Part shown: positions 41,910 to 50,373 of the stretch, in pieces
Position numbering within the stretch: position 1 is the first letter of the stretch
Layout: every line of letters begins with the position of its first letter
Source of the DNA: an uncultured Gemmatimonadales bacterium
GTDB lineage: Bacteria > Gemmatimonadota > Gemmatimonadetes > Palauibacterales > Palauibacteraceae
DNA: 64,000 nt
Assembly: GCA_963783385.1 (NCBI GenBank)
Contig: CAWANJ010000002.1
Coordinates: 1 to 64,000 of the forward strand
Direction: 5' to 3'
Notes under the pieces: model-generated
Told to the model about the DNA's origin: nothing
Seen by the model: only the letters and a program-made list of their open reading frames with translations
Databases searched by the model: none
Made by a program: the position numbers and the translations under genes

Positions 41910-44139
41910 ATGACGCCACCGAGTCCCGACGGGGAACCCGACCAGGACGCACGCGAGGGAGCCGAGCGGGCGCCCTCGCGCCTGCCAGCGCCCGTCGCGC
42001 GCTGTCTGGTGGATCTGGCCGTCGCCCTCAATCGCTTCTCGATGTATCCCCAGGGCCACCCGGCTCTGGCACCGGCGGCGGACGAGGTCCTCGATGCGCT
42101 CAGGGTCCTCCTGCGCGAGCAGGGGTCCATCTCGGTCGAGGGCCGCCGCGAGCGCGTGGTCGTGGGCGAGGCGACCAGCGACCCGGGCACGCCCCACCTG
42201 CGGGCGCTCGCCGCCAGGCTCCACGACCACCACCTGGCCCGCCTGACCTTCCTGGCCGGTCTCGAGGGTGACGAGCTCGCTTCGTTCCTGCGCGCGATGT
42301 CCACGGAGCCGTCGCGGGGCGGGGAGCCGCTCGGCCTGCGATCGGAAGGGGTCCGTTCCTGGCCGCACATCCGCATGGAACCGCAGCGCTACGATCCCCT
42401 CCGCCTGGACGAGGAGGGACGCGACCGGCTCGATGTGGATCCCTCCGGCGGCGCCGCCGGACCGGATCCGACGTCCGCGGCTCGGGCCGGCGTGGCGTCG
42501 CCGGGGGAGGCCCCGCCCGGCGCCGTCACCGCTGCTCCCCTCGGATCGCGCATCGGGGCGGGCGACCTGATGGCCGACGCCCCCGAGGACGTGGCCCGTC
42601 GGCTCGAAGAAGACCTCGGCGCGGAGGATGCGGACCGGATCGTGGCGTTCCAGATCATGCGCCTCGCCGAGCGTCTCTCGGAGGCGCGCGGACAGCAGGC
42701 GGAGCTCCTGCGCCGGCGCATGTCGCGCATGATCCTCCGCCTCCAGCCGGAGACGCTCGCCTACCTCCTCGAGTTCGGCGACGAGGGCCGTCGCGATGAA
42801 GACCTCCTGTTCAGCGCCGCCGGGTCCCTGAGCGTCGAAGCGGCGCTGCGGCTCGTGCGGGCTGCGGCGGCGAGGCACGACGAGGGGATCGAGGCCTGGC
42901 TCCTCCGGGTGGTCAACAAGCTGGCCATGTACGCCGGTCCCCGGGAGCGCCGAGCCGACGGACCCGGCGGGTCCGGGGCGGCCGCGGCGTCGCCGGAGTC
43001 CGCCGAGCGGGTGCACGACCTGGTCGACCGCATCGTGGATGATTGGAAGCTGGAGGATCCGCGCCCGACCCTGTACCGGAGCACGCTCCGCCGCATGGCC
43101 CGAACGGGCCCCTCGGAGGGTCGTCGCCCCACGGCGCAGCTGAGGATCGAGCCCGAGCGCTTCGTTCAGATGGGACTCGAGAATGGACGAGCCCGCCCGC
43201 GACGTCGACGGAGCCGTGGTGACGCTGCTCGAGGAGCGTCGGGTCCCGGAGCTGATCGAGATGGCCGAGGCCGTCCCGGAGCCGAACCGGGCCGCCGAAG
43301 CCCTGTGGAATCGGCTGGCCGTGCCCGAGACGGTCGAGGGCCTGCTCCACGAGCCCAACCCGGACTTCGAGCTCCTGCGCCGCGTCGTCGAGCGCGCGGG
43401 CGCCGCGGTCGCCGGCCCGCTCCTCGACGCCCTGTCGGACTCCAATGCCGGATCGCGGGCCTACTGGCACAACGTGTTCGGCCTCCTGCTGCAGATCGGA
43501 GAGCCGGTGGCCGATCTCGTGCCCGAGCGCCTCGAGGACGAGCACTGGTTCGTCCGCCGGAATCTACTGGCACTCCTGTACGAGCTTCCCCGCCGCCCCG
43601 AGGGCTTCACGGCGCTGCCCTACCTGGAGGAGTCCGAGCCGCGGGTGCGCGCCGAGGCGCTGCGCCTGGCCCTCGAGGAGCCGGCCGGGAGGGAGCCGGC
43701 CCTGGCCGCCGGGCTCCTGGACGACAACGAACGTGTGGTGGGCCTGGCGCTGTCGGCCGCCACCGAGGAGCTCCCCGGGTCCCTGGAGCCGCTGGTGATC
43801 CGCCGCGCCTCGGACGGGTCGCTGGCCCCGGCCCTGCGCAGCCGGGCGGTTCGCATCCTGGCCGAGCGACCGTCGCGGTCGGCCCTCCGCGCGCTGGTGG
43901 ACATCGTCTGGGCCCGCCGCTGGCTCTTCTGGCGACGCCTGGCCGAGCCGTCCGGGCCCGTCCTCGCCGCGCTGGAGGCGCTGAGCCGGCGGTGGGCAGA
44001 CGCCGCGGAGGCCCGTCCGGCCCTGGAGGCGGCTCGCTCCAGCGACGACGAGCGCGTTCGGGAGGCCGTGGCGGCCTCGCCGGCCCGTGGCCACGGCGAC
44101 GGCAACGGACGCCGACCGCGAGGGGAGGGCGACGGGTGA
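41910..44139 (+). CDS. Large HEAT-repeat protein with an N-terminal 'YxxGHP' domain; 1-nt frameshift near 43182
   Basis: GGAGG RBS before ATG 41910; removing one A from GAGAATG joins the two frames; HEAT repeats (LEDEHWFVRRNLLALL, EPRVRAEALRL, DDERVREAV). Confidence 0.8.
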
Positions 44140-45302
44140 ACGAGACTCCGGCCATCGAGTTTCTAACCGCCGTGGGCCAGGCTCTGTCCGCACTGCGTCT
44201 CTATGCGGAGGGGCACCCCGCGCGGGCCGAGGCGGTGGACCGCGTGCGCCGCACGCTGCAGGCGGTCTTGAACGAGGGAGCCGGACAGACGGCACGCTTC
44301 ACCTTCCTCGGCGACGACGTGGTGGTGGGCGACCGGCGCCTGCGTGGGCTCGGGGGCTGGTCCTGGGGCCGGCAGCTCGCCGCGACCGGCATCGAGCGCC
44401 TGGAGGTGGCGCCGGGCGTCACCGAGGACGAGCTGGCGCGGTTCCTGTCCGAGGCCGTCCGGCGGCTGGACGCGGCCGGCCGCCGGGGCGCCCCGGGCGG
44501 TGGCCGCGAGGCCGGGTCGCGTATCGCGGACCCGCGAGAGCCCGGGATGAGCCTGGAGCACCTGCGGTTCGGGTGGGTGGCTGAGGCTGGCGAGACGGAG
44601 TGGAACGGCGAGCTGGACGGGACGCTCCGGGAGATCGGCGGGTTGTTCGAGGGTGCCAGGGACGAGGGCTCGGTCGAGGCGACGGTGGCGGCCGCCGTGG
44701 TGGAGGCCGTGGGCGCGGCGGTCCAGCAGAGCCGCAATCTCCTGCGGCTCCTCGTTCCGCTCAGGGACATCGACCAGTACAGCACCATCCACTCGATGAA
44801 CGTGTCCGTGCTCTCCATCGGGCTGGCGGAACGGGTCGGCTACGGCCGGAAGGACGTGCGCTCGGTCGGCAAGGCCGCGCTCCTGCACGACGTGGGCAAG
44901 AGCCTCGTACCGGACGAGATCCTCAAGAAGCCGGGCACGCTCACCCCCGAGGAGTGGACCATCGTGAAGCGCCATCCCGTCAATGGCGCCCGAATCCTGT
45001 TCCGCTCGCGTGATGGCCTCGGCGTGGCGGCCGTGGTGGCGTACGAGCACCACATGACCTGGGATGGAGGCGGCTATCCCGACCGTCGCTTCGCCCGGCC
45101 GGTCCACCCGGCCACACAGCTGGTGCAGGTGTGCAATGTGTACGATGCCCTGCGCACCGAGCGCCCCTTCCGGGGTCCGTGGAGCGAGGATCGCATCGTG
45201 GCGCACCTGCGGGCCGGGGCGGGAGAGGCGTTCAGCCCCGAGATGGTCGAGCTGTTCCTGGGCATGCTGGAGGCCTTCCAGGAGGACGCGCCGAAGGATT
45301 GA
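44136..45302 (+). CDS. HD-GYP domain protein (cyclic-dinucleotide phosphodiesterase family) with an N-terminal 'YxxGHP' domain
   Basis: GTGA overlap with the HEAT gene; HSMNV, LLHDVGK, HPVNG, EHHMTWDGGGYP, YDALRTERPF. Confidence 0.88.
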   Translation: MNETPAIEFLTAVGQALSALRLYAEGHPARAEAVDRVRRTLQAVLNEGAGQTARFTFLGDDVVVGDRRLRGLGGWSWGRQLAATGIERLEVAPGVTEDELARFLSEAVRRLDAAGRRGAPGGGREAGSRIADPREPGMSLEHLRFGWVAEAGETEWNGELDGTLREIGGLFEGARDEGSVEATVAAAVVEAVGAAVQQSRNLLRLLVPLRDIDQYSTIHSMNVSVLSIGLAERVGYGRKDVRSVGKAALLHDVGKSLVPDEILKKPGTLTPEEWTIVKRHPVNGARILFRSRDGLGVAAVVAYEHHMTWDGGGYPDRRFARPVHPATQLVQVCNVYDALRTERPFRGPWSEDRIVAHLRAGAGEAFSPEMVELFLGMLEAFQEDAPKD

Positions 45303-45588
45303 GCCGGACCCTCCTCCACGGCACCCCGTGGGCGGAGTCCTATGCGGGAATCGGCAAACTCCCGACAGACACCGAATTTCGTGCGCCTTATTCTGCGGCA
45401 CGTCCCGCGATGGCGCACCTCGCGGCCCTCCTGTCCCACCACCGGCACGAGCGTCTCGGCGAACGCGAAGGTGTGGCTCGCCGGCCTGTCGATCGCCGCG
45501 GGCGGCTCGCGGCAGGTCCCCAATCCGGACGGCGGACGGGCTCCACACGGGAGCCCGTCCCGGGGGCCCGGGAGACGGGCTGGCTGTC

Positions 45589-46737
45589 TCAGCGGCAGTA
45601 CGCCTCGGCGGTGTGGGCCAGGATGTCGGCGAGCCGGTGGACGGACTCCAGCTCGACCCACTCCTCCGCCGCGTGCGCTCCGGCGCCGGCCGGCCCCAGG
45701 ATCACGGTGTCGATGCCGGCGGCCGCCAGCAGCGCGGCATCCATCCAGTAGCTCTCCCCCACATCCCCGGACGGACCTCCCAGCCGGGCCGCCATCTCAC
45801 GGCGCAGGGTGCCGGCGAGTTCCGATCGGGGATCGGCTTCGAAGGCCACTCGCCACAGCAGCGGTTCGACGGTGGCGTCGAACTCGGGATCCTCGGCCCG
45901 GATCGAGTCCACGAGTCCGCGGATCTCCGCCAGGACGGCCTCGGGCGTCTCGCCCGGCAGGGTCCGTCGCTCGATCTCCAGCCGGCAGCGAGCCGCGTAG
46001 GTGCTGGGACCCGTCCCGCCCTGGAGCCTGGCCGCGTGCAGGGAGGGAGGGCCCAGCAGGGGATGGCCGGAACGGGAGCGGAGCTCGCGCTCCAGGCCCT
46101 CGAGCCGGCCCAGGATCCGGCCCATGCGGAGGTTGGAGTCCACCCCCTCGTCGAAGCGGCTGCCGTGCGCCGCGCGTCCCCGGGTCTCGACCGCGATCCA
46201 GGCGAAGCCCTTGTGCGCCACGCACAGGCGCAGGTCCGTCGGCTCGGTGACCACGGCTCCGTCCGGGCGGACGGCGGACAGGAGCTCGTGCATTCCGAAG
46301 CTCTCGTGCTCTTCGTCCGCCACGAAGCCGAGGTGCAGGTCTCCGGATAGGTCGGAGGAAGCCTCGACGAGCGAGCGGGCGGCGGCCAGGCAGGCCGCCA
46401 GACCGCTCTTCATGTCGTAGGCCCCGCGGCCGTAGAGTCGTCCCTCACGGATCGCGGCGCCGAACGGGTCCTCCATGCCCTCCACCCCGACCGTGTCCAG
46501 GTGCGCGTACAGCAGGAGGGAGCGTCCCCCGCCTCGGCCTCTCAGGGTGCCCAGCACGCTCGGCCGACCGGGGCGCTTCTGGAGGAGAGTCACCTCGAGG
46601 TCGAGGGCCTGCAGGCACCTGGCCACGCGACGCGCCAGCTCCGCCTCCCCCGGTCCCCCGAACGCGGGATTGATCGAGTCGATGGCCACGAGGTCCCGGA
46701 GGACTCGCAGGGTCCAGGACCGGTCGACCGGGCTCAT
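45589..46737 (-). CDS. ArgE/DapE-family M20 deacylase
   Basis: AHLDTV, GRGAYDMKSG, ADEE, TEPT, GRAAHGS, AHAAEEW. Confidence 0.9.
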   Translation of the reverse strand: MSPVDRSWTLRVLRDLVAIDSINPAFGGPGEAELARRVARCLQALDLEVTLLQKRPGRPSVLGTLRGRGGGRSLLLYAHLDTVGVEGMEDPFGAAIREGRLYGRGAYDMKSGLAACLAAARSLVEASSDLSGDLHLGFVADEEHESFGMHELLSAVRPDGAVVTEPTDLRLCVAHKGFAWIAVETRGRAAHGSRFDEGVDSNLRMGRILGRLEGLERELRSRSGHPLLGPPSLHAARLQGGTGPSTYAARCRLEIERRTLPGETPEAVLAEIRGLVDSIRAEDPEFDATVEPLLWRVAFEADPRSELAGTLRREMAARLGGPSGDVGESYWMDAALLAAAGIDTVILGPAGAGAHAAEEWVELESVHRLADILAHTAEAYCR

Positions 46738-46778
46738 GCTCCACGTCGCGGGTGACGGGCCGCGCCTCGCAGGAGGTC

Positions 46779-46790
46779 ATACGTACGTAT
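46779..46790. promoter_or_regulatory. Palindromic candidate operator upstream of the deacylase
   Basis: ATACGTACGTAT, a perfect AT-rich palindrome overlapping a minus-strand TATGAT -10-like hexamer. Confidence 0.4.
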
Positions 46791-46853
46791 CATATCCTGG
46801 ACCCTCTGCTATCTAGAGGGTTACGGCATGTGTCGACGACCGTATGCCGCCGC

Positions 46854-47213
46854 TCAGATCGTGGCCAGCGCGCGCTTGCCGTCCTCGCTGAGCAGCACCC
46901 AGAACGTGTACACGGCCAGCGCTGTGCCGAGCGGGACGTGGAGGATCTCGAAGGCGGCCACGATCAGGAGGACGACCCGTGCCCAGGGCTTCCCCCGGAG
47001 GAGGCCGAAGCCCCCCACGATCCCGGGAAGCGACACGACGACCAGGTAGCCGGCGCCAATGGTGGCCACGGCCGAGGTGATGGCCATGGCGCGCAGGTCT
47101 CCCGACAGGAGGCCGCCCCCCAGGATGGTGACGAACAGGAACAGGGCCGCCAGGAGGCCGAAGGCCCCGAGTACGATCTGCAGCACGGCCACGGCGGTGA
47201 TGTGGTTCTTCAT
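46854..47213 (-). CDS. Small multi-TM hypothetical membrane protein
   Basis: GGAGGAG RBS; PGIVGGFGLLRGKPWAR, PLGTALAVYTFWVL. Confidence 0.8.
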   Translation of the reverse strand: MKNHITAVAVLQIVLGAFGLLAALFLFVTILGGGLLSGDLRAMAITSAVATIGAGYLVVVSLPGIVGGFGLLRGKPWARVVLLIVAAFEILHVPLGTALAVYTFWVLLSEDGKRALATI

Positions 47214-47227
47214 GGCTCCTCCAGGCT

Positions 47228-47523
47228 TCAGGTGCCTTCCTTCCTGAGACGCTCCAGCTCGGAGCGGATGCGGCGGTCATCGGGCCGCAGGGAGGCAGCC
47301 TGCTCCAGGGCGGCGATGGCCGCCGATCGGTCGCCCCCGGCCTCCGGGATTCGCTTCGCGTCCACGAGCCGGTCGGCCAGCGCTCCTGGTTCAGGTAGTC
47401 GACCCTACGCAGCATGAAGCGGGCTTTGCGCTTGGTCGCCCTGTCGTCGGACTTGAAGTTCCACTCCGAGAATGGCTGACCTTCCTTGCCGACGTGGAAG
47501 AACTGGCAGCGCACACGGAAAGC
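47228..47523 (-). pseudogene. Relic of a c-type cytochrome (reaction-centre cytochrome-like domain) plus TPR protein
   Basis: VRCQFFHVGKEGQPFSEWNFKSDDRATKRKARFML (CxxCH changed to CxxFH), then a frameshifted TPR tail LADRLVDAKRIPEAGGDRSAAIAALEQAASLRPDDRRIRSELERL; no start. Confidence 0.65.
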
Positions 47524-47591
47524 GTCCGGCCGGTTCGGCGGCGACGGCGAGTTCGGACCATGGAGGACCGGGGCGCGGACCCGCCCCGGTC

Positions 47592-48236
47592 CTATCCGGG
47601 GCCGCCCAGCCCGCCCAGACCGCTGTCCGCCGCCTCGAACGTCCCGCGGGTTCGGACGTCCCGACTGCCCGCGGCGCCCGGCACTCGCCAGGTCACGTCG
47701 AAGCGTCCGCAGATCGCCCCGCCGTCGACCTCGTCCAGGCTGAGGGTGCCCTGACGCGGGACGAAGTCGCGTCCGTTCAGGGCGTCCGCGTCGAACATGT
47801 ACAGCTCGCCGGTGACCGTCGAACGCTTCGCCGCGCCCGCCGCGGCCCCGCTCCCGGACCCCCCGGCCGACACGGTGAAGTCGCCGGCCGCCGGGAGTGC
47901 GCCCAGTCCGTCGATGGAGAAGCGCATCTCCCACCGTCCGGTCTGGGGTTCGGTGAGCGTCAGGCGCAGGGCCTTCGCCCCGCCCGGCTGGTCCACGAGC
48001 GCGAAGAACGCCTCTCCGGCCAGTCCCGCCGTCAGGCTGCCCGTCGCCTCTCCCGAGACCCGGCCGCTGGTCGCCGCCGCTTCGCCGCACGTGGGCGGCC
48101 GTCCCCGCGCCTCCCCGGACGCCGACGGCGGGAGCGAGCCGGCCCGTGGCAGCGGTCCCAGGGCCGCGGTGCCGAGCACCAGGATCGAGGCAAAGCTCCG
48201 CGCGACTGGCTTCATGGACGATGGCGACGGGGTCAT
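47592..48236 (-). CDS. Secreted hypothetical protein, beta-rich
   Basis: Signal peptide (MKPVARSFASILVLGTAALG), one Cys pair, C-terminal ICGRFDV...RGTFEA strands. Confidence 0.6.
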   Translation of the reverse strand: MTPSPSSMKPVARSFASILVLGTAALGPLPRAGSLPPSASGEARGRPPTCGEAAATSGRVSGEATGSLTAGLAGEAFFALVDQPGGAKALRLTLTEPQTGRWEMRFSIDGLGALPAAGDFTVSAGGSGSGAAAGAAKRSTVTGELYMFDADALNGRDFVPRQGTLSLDEVDGGAICGRFDVTWRVPGAAGSRDVRTRGTFEAADSGLGGLGGPG

Positions 48237-48293
48237 GGGTGGACTGCAGGGTTCACTCTAGACTCCGAAAGCTCGCCGTCCCGGGGTCGCCCG

Positions 48294-48464
48294 TCAAAGG
48301 GCCGCTCCGAACTCGGTCGTGAATCAGAGCGTGTGGCCTGAATCCACGGTGATGACGTCGAAGAACCCCTGGATCCACAGGTTGTGGCTGGCGTGCAGGA
48401 ACATCCCGGTCCACACGCTCCCCCAGCGCAGCCGCAGCCAGGCCATGGGAAAGGATATGCCGAC
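48294..48464 (-). pseudogene. 3' relic of a CPBP (CAAX protease/Abi) membrane metalloprotease
   Basis: FPMAWLRLRWGSVWTGMFLHASHNLWIQGFFD...TL*FTTEFGAAL*, with an in-frame TGA and no 5' part. Confidence 0.7.
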
Positions 48465-48500
48465 CCGACCTCGCCGGGCTCGCCGGGGTAGAGGAGCGAG

Positions 48501-49187
48501 ATGAACAGTCCGCACCTGTACCGGTCGGCCGGCCGGGGAGGCTCCTCTCCCACCGTGGCCGAGGAAGTGGCGGCGTGGCTGACGCACGGCGCGGGCTTCG
48601 TGGCCAGCGTGGTGGCCGGCGGTGTGCTCGTGTGGGCCGCCGCGAGCCACGCGGGCGGCCTCCGGCCCGCGGGCATCGCCGCCGTGGCGGTGTACGCGGT
48701 CAGCCTCAGCCTCCTGTACGCGGCATCGACGGCCTACCACGCCACGCGTCACCCGCGCTGGAAGCCGCTCCTTCGGCTGGCCGATCACTGCGCCATCTTC
48801 CTCCTCATCGCGGGGACGTACACCCCCGTGGCGGTGCTCGGCCTCGGCTTCGAACGCTCGCGCTGGCTGCTCGCCCTGGTGTGGGGCATGGCGGTCGTCG
48901 GGATCCTGGTCAAGCTGCGCTGGATGGGCCGCTTTCCGATTCTGACGCCCCTCTTCTACCTGGCCATGGGCTGGACCGGCGTGTTCGCGCTGCGGCCCTT
49001 GCTGGCGACGGTCGGGACCGGGGTGGTGGAGTGGCTGGTGGCGGGCGGTGTGGTCTACACGCTGGGCGTGGCGTTCTACGCCTGGAAGAGACTGCCCTTC
49101 AACCACACCGTGTGGCACCTGTTCGTCCTGGGCGGGAGCGTGTGCCACTTCGTGGCTATCGCGCTGGTGGTGGGCGCGCGCGGCTGA
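48501..49187 (+). CDS. Hemolysin III/PAQR family membrane protein (TrhA-like)
   Basis: EEVAAWLTHG, STAYH, DHCAIFLLIAGTYTP, YLAMGW, HTVWHLFV, H. Confidence 0.92.
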   Translation: MNSPHLYRSAGRGGSSPTVAEEVAAWLTHGAGFVASVVAGGVLVWAAASHAGGLRPAGIAAVAVYAVSLSLLYAASTAYHATRHPRWKPLLRLADHCAIFLLIAGTYTPVAVLGLGFERSRWLLALVWGMAVVGILVKLRWMGRFPILTPLFYLAMGWTGVFALRPLLATVGTGVVEWLVAGGVVYTLGVAFYAWKRLPFNHTVWHLFVLGGSVCHFVAIALVVGARG

Positions 49188-49277
49188 CGCGGCGGCCGCG
49201 AGGTACGGGCGGCCGGACGAAGGGAGCCACGGGGAGCCGGTCGTGCCCCGAGCCCGGGAGAACGGCGAGCGCGCTCC

Positions 49278-50201
49278 TCAGTATCGGGCCAGGTCTTCCC
49301 CTATGACGATCCGTCCACTGAAGCCCGCCGCCCGGATGATCCCCTCCGACTCGACCTTCACGCGCGCCCGATAGATCACGTGGGTGAGGATGAGGAGCTT
49401 CGGCTGCGCCTTCGCGACCAGGCGGCCCAGCTCCCGATCGGAGGTGTGGAAGGCTTTCATGTAACGGGGCCAGTCGCTTCCGCCAGGTCGCTCCTCCGGG
49501 GCGAGTCTCGAGGCCGCGTACACCTCGTGGACCAGGACGTCGACCCCGGTGGCCTCCCGCTCCACTTCCGGGCTGGGACGGGTGTCCCCAGAGATCACCA
49601 CCGAGCGGTCCGGCGTATCGATCCGGTAGCCCAGGGCCACCTTCCAGCTTCCGTGCTCGACCCGGAAGGCGGTGACCCGGACACCGCCACTGTCGTACAC
49701 GACCCCGCCGCGCGTCTCGTGCACGTCCACCTTCCAGCCGCCCGGAGCCTCGTGCTCCAGTCCCTCCGTCCGGATCCGGATGTCCTCCGCGTAGGCCTCC
49801 GCCAGGTGGTCGGTCATGGCCTGCAGCCCCGGGGGGCCGTAGGCCTGGAGAGCGTGGCGGCGGCCCATGACCCAGGACGTGAAGATGAGGTCCGGGTAAC
49901 CGAGCGTGTGGTCCGTGTGGAGGTGGGTGATGAACAGCGCCGTCGGACCAGCGATCGGGAGGTGGGCGGCCGCCATCTGGCGCTCCACGCCCGGACCGGC
50001 GTCGAACAGGAAGGTACGGTCTCCGACGACGACCGCGGTGGCCGGTCCCTGGTGATGGGGATCCGGGCGGGGGAATCCCGTCCCGAGCAGGACGACCAGG
50101 GTGCTGTCGGGGGTCGGGCCGCCGTCGACGGACGGGGCGGCCGCGGGGGACGCCGCCAAAGTGGCCAGGTACACGATCAGCAGCACGGCGAGCGATCCCA
50201 T
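49278..50201 (-). CDS. Secreted MBL-fold metallo-hydrolase (RNase Z/arylsulfatase-like)
   Basis: Signal peptide, LLGTG, FDAGPG, THLHTDH, SGDT, HE, HTS. Confidence 0.88.
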   Translation of the reverse strand: MGSLAVLLIVYLATLAASPAAAPSVDGGPTPDSTLVVLLGTGFPRPDPHHQGPATAVVVGDRTFLFDAGPGVERQMAAAHLPIAGPTALFITHLHTDHTLGYPDLIFTSWVMGRRHALQAYGPPGLQAMTDHLAEAYAEDIRIRTEGLEHEAPGGWKVDVHETRGGVVYDSGGVRVTAFRVEHGSWKVALGYRIDTPDRSVVISGDTRPSPEVEREATGVDVLVHEVYAASRLAPEERPGGSDWPRYMKAFHTSDRELGRLVAKAQPKLLILTHVIYRARVKVESEGIIRAAGFSGRIVIGEDLARY

Positions 50202-50373
50202 GGCAGCACCTCCGCGGACCTGGGCGGGTTCACGTTCTGTCCCGACGGGATGCGAGCTTAGCCCGCCCGTCCCCGCCGCGCACGGGGCCGGTTGTGGTGG
50301 GGCACGACGCGGCCTTAGATGGAGCGCGGACCGCGACCCTGACGCTCCGACGATCCCCGATCCGGAGGCGCCC

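Noticed and set aside
41808-45302. 1164-aa ORF that looks like a giant HD-GYP fusion
   Set aside because: The middle ~320 aa is off-frame Arg/Gly/Pro-rich text. One extra A near 43182 explains it, and the HD-GYP gene has its own GTGA-coupled start at 44136
45303-45588. GGCAAAC after the HD-GYP gene suggested a c-di-GMP-I riboswitch; a protein-like minus-strand fragment (HTFAFAETLVPVVGQEG) is also present
   Set aside because: The GAAA loop and GCAAAGC elements are absent, the region lies between convergent genes, and the fragment could not be assigned
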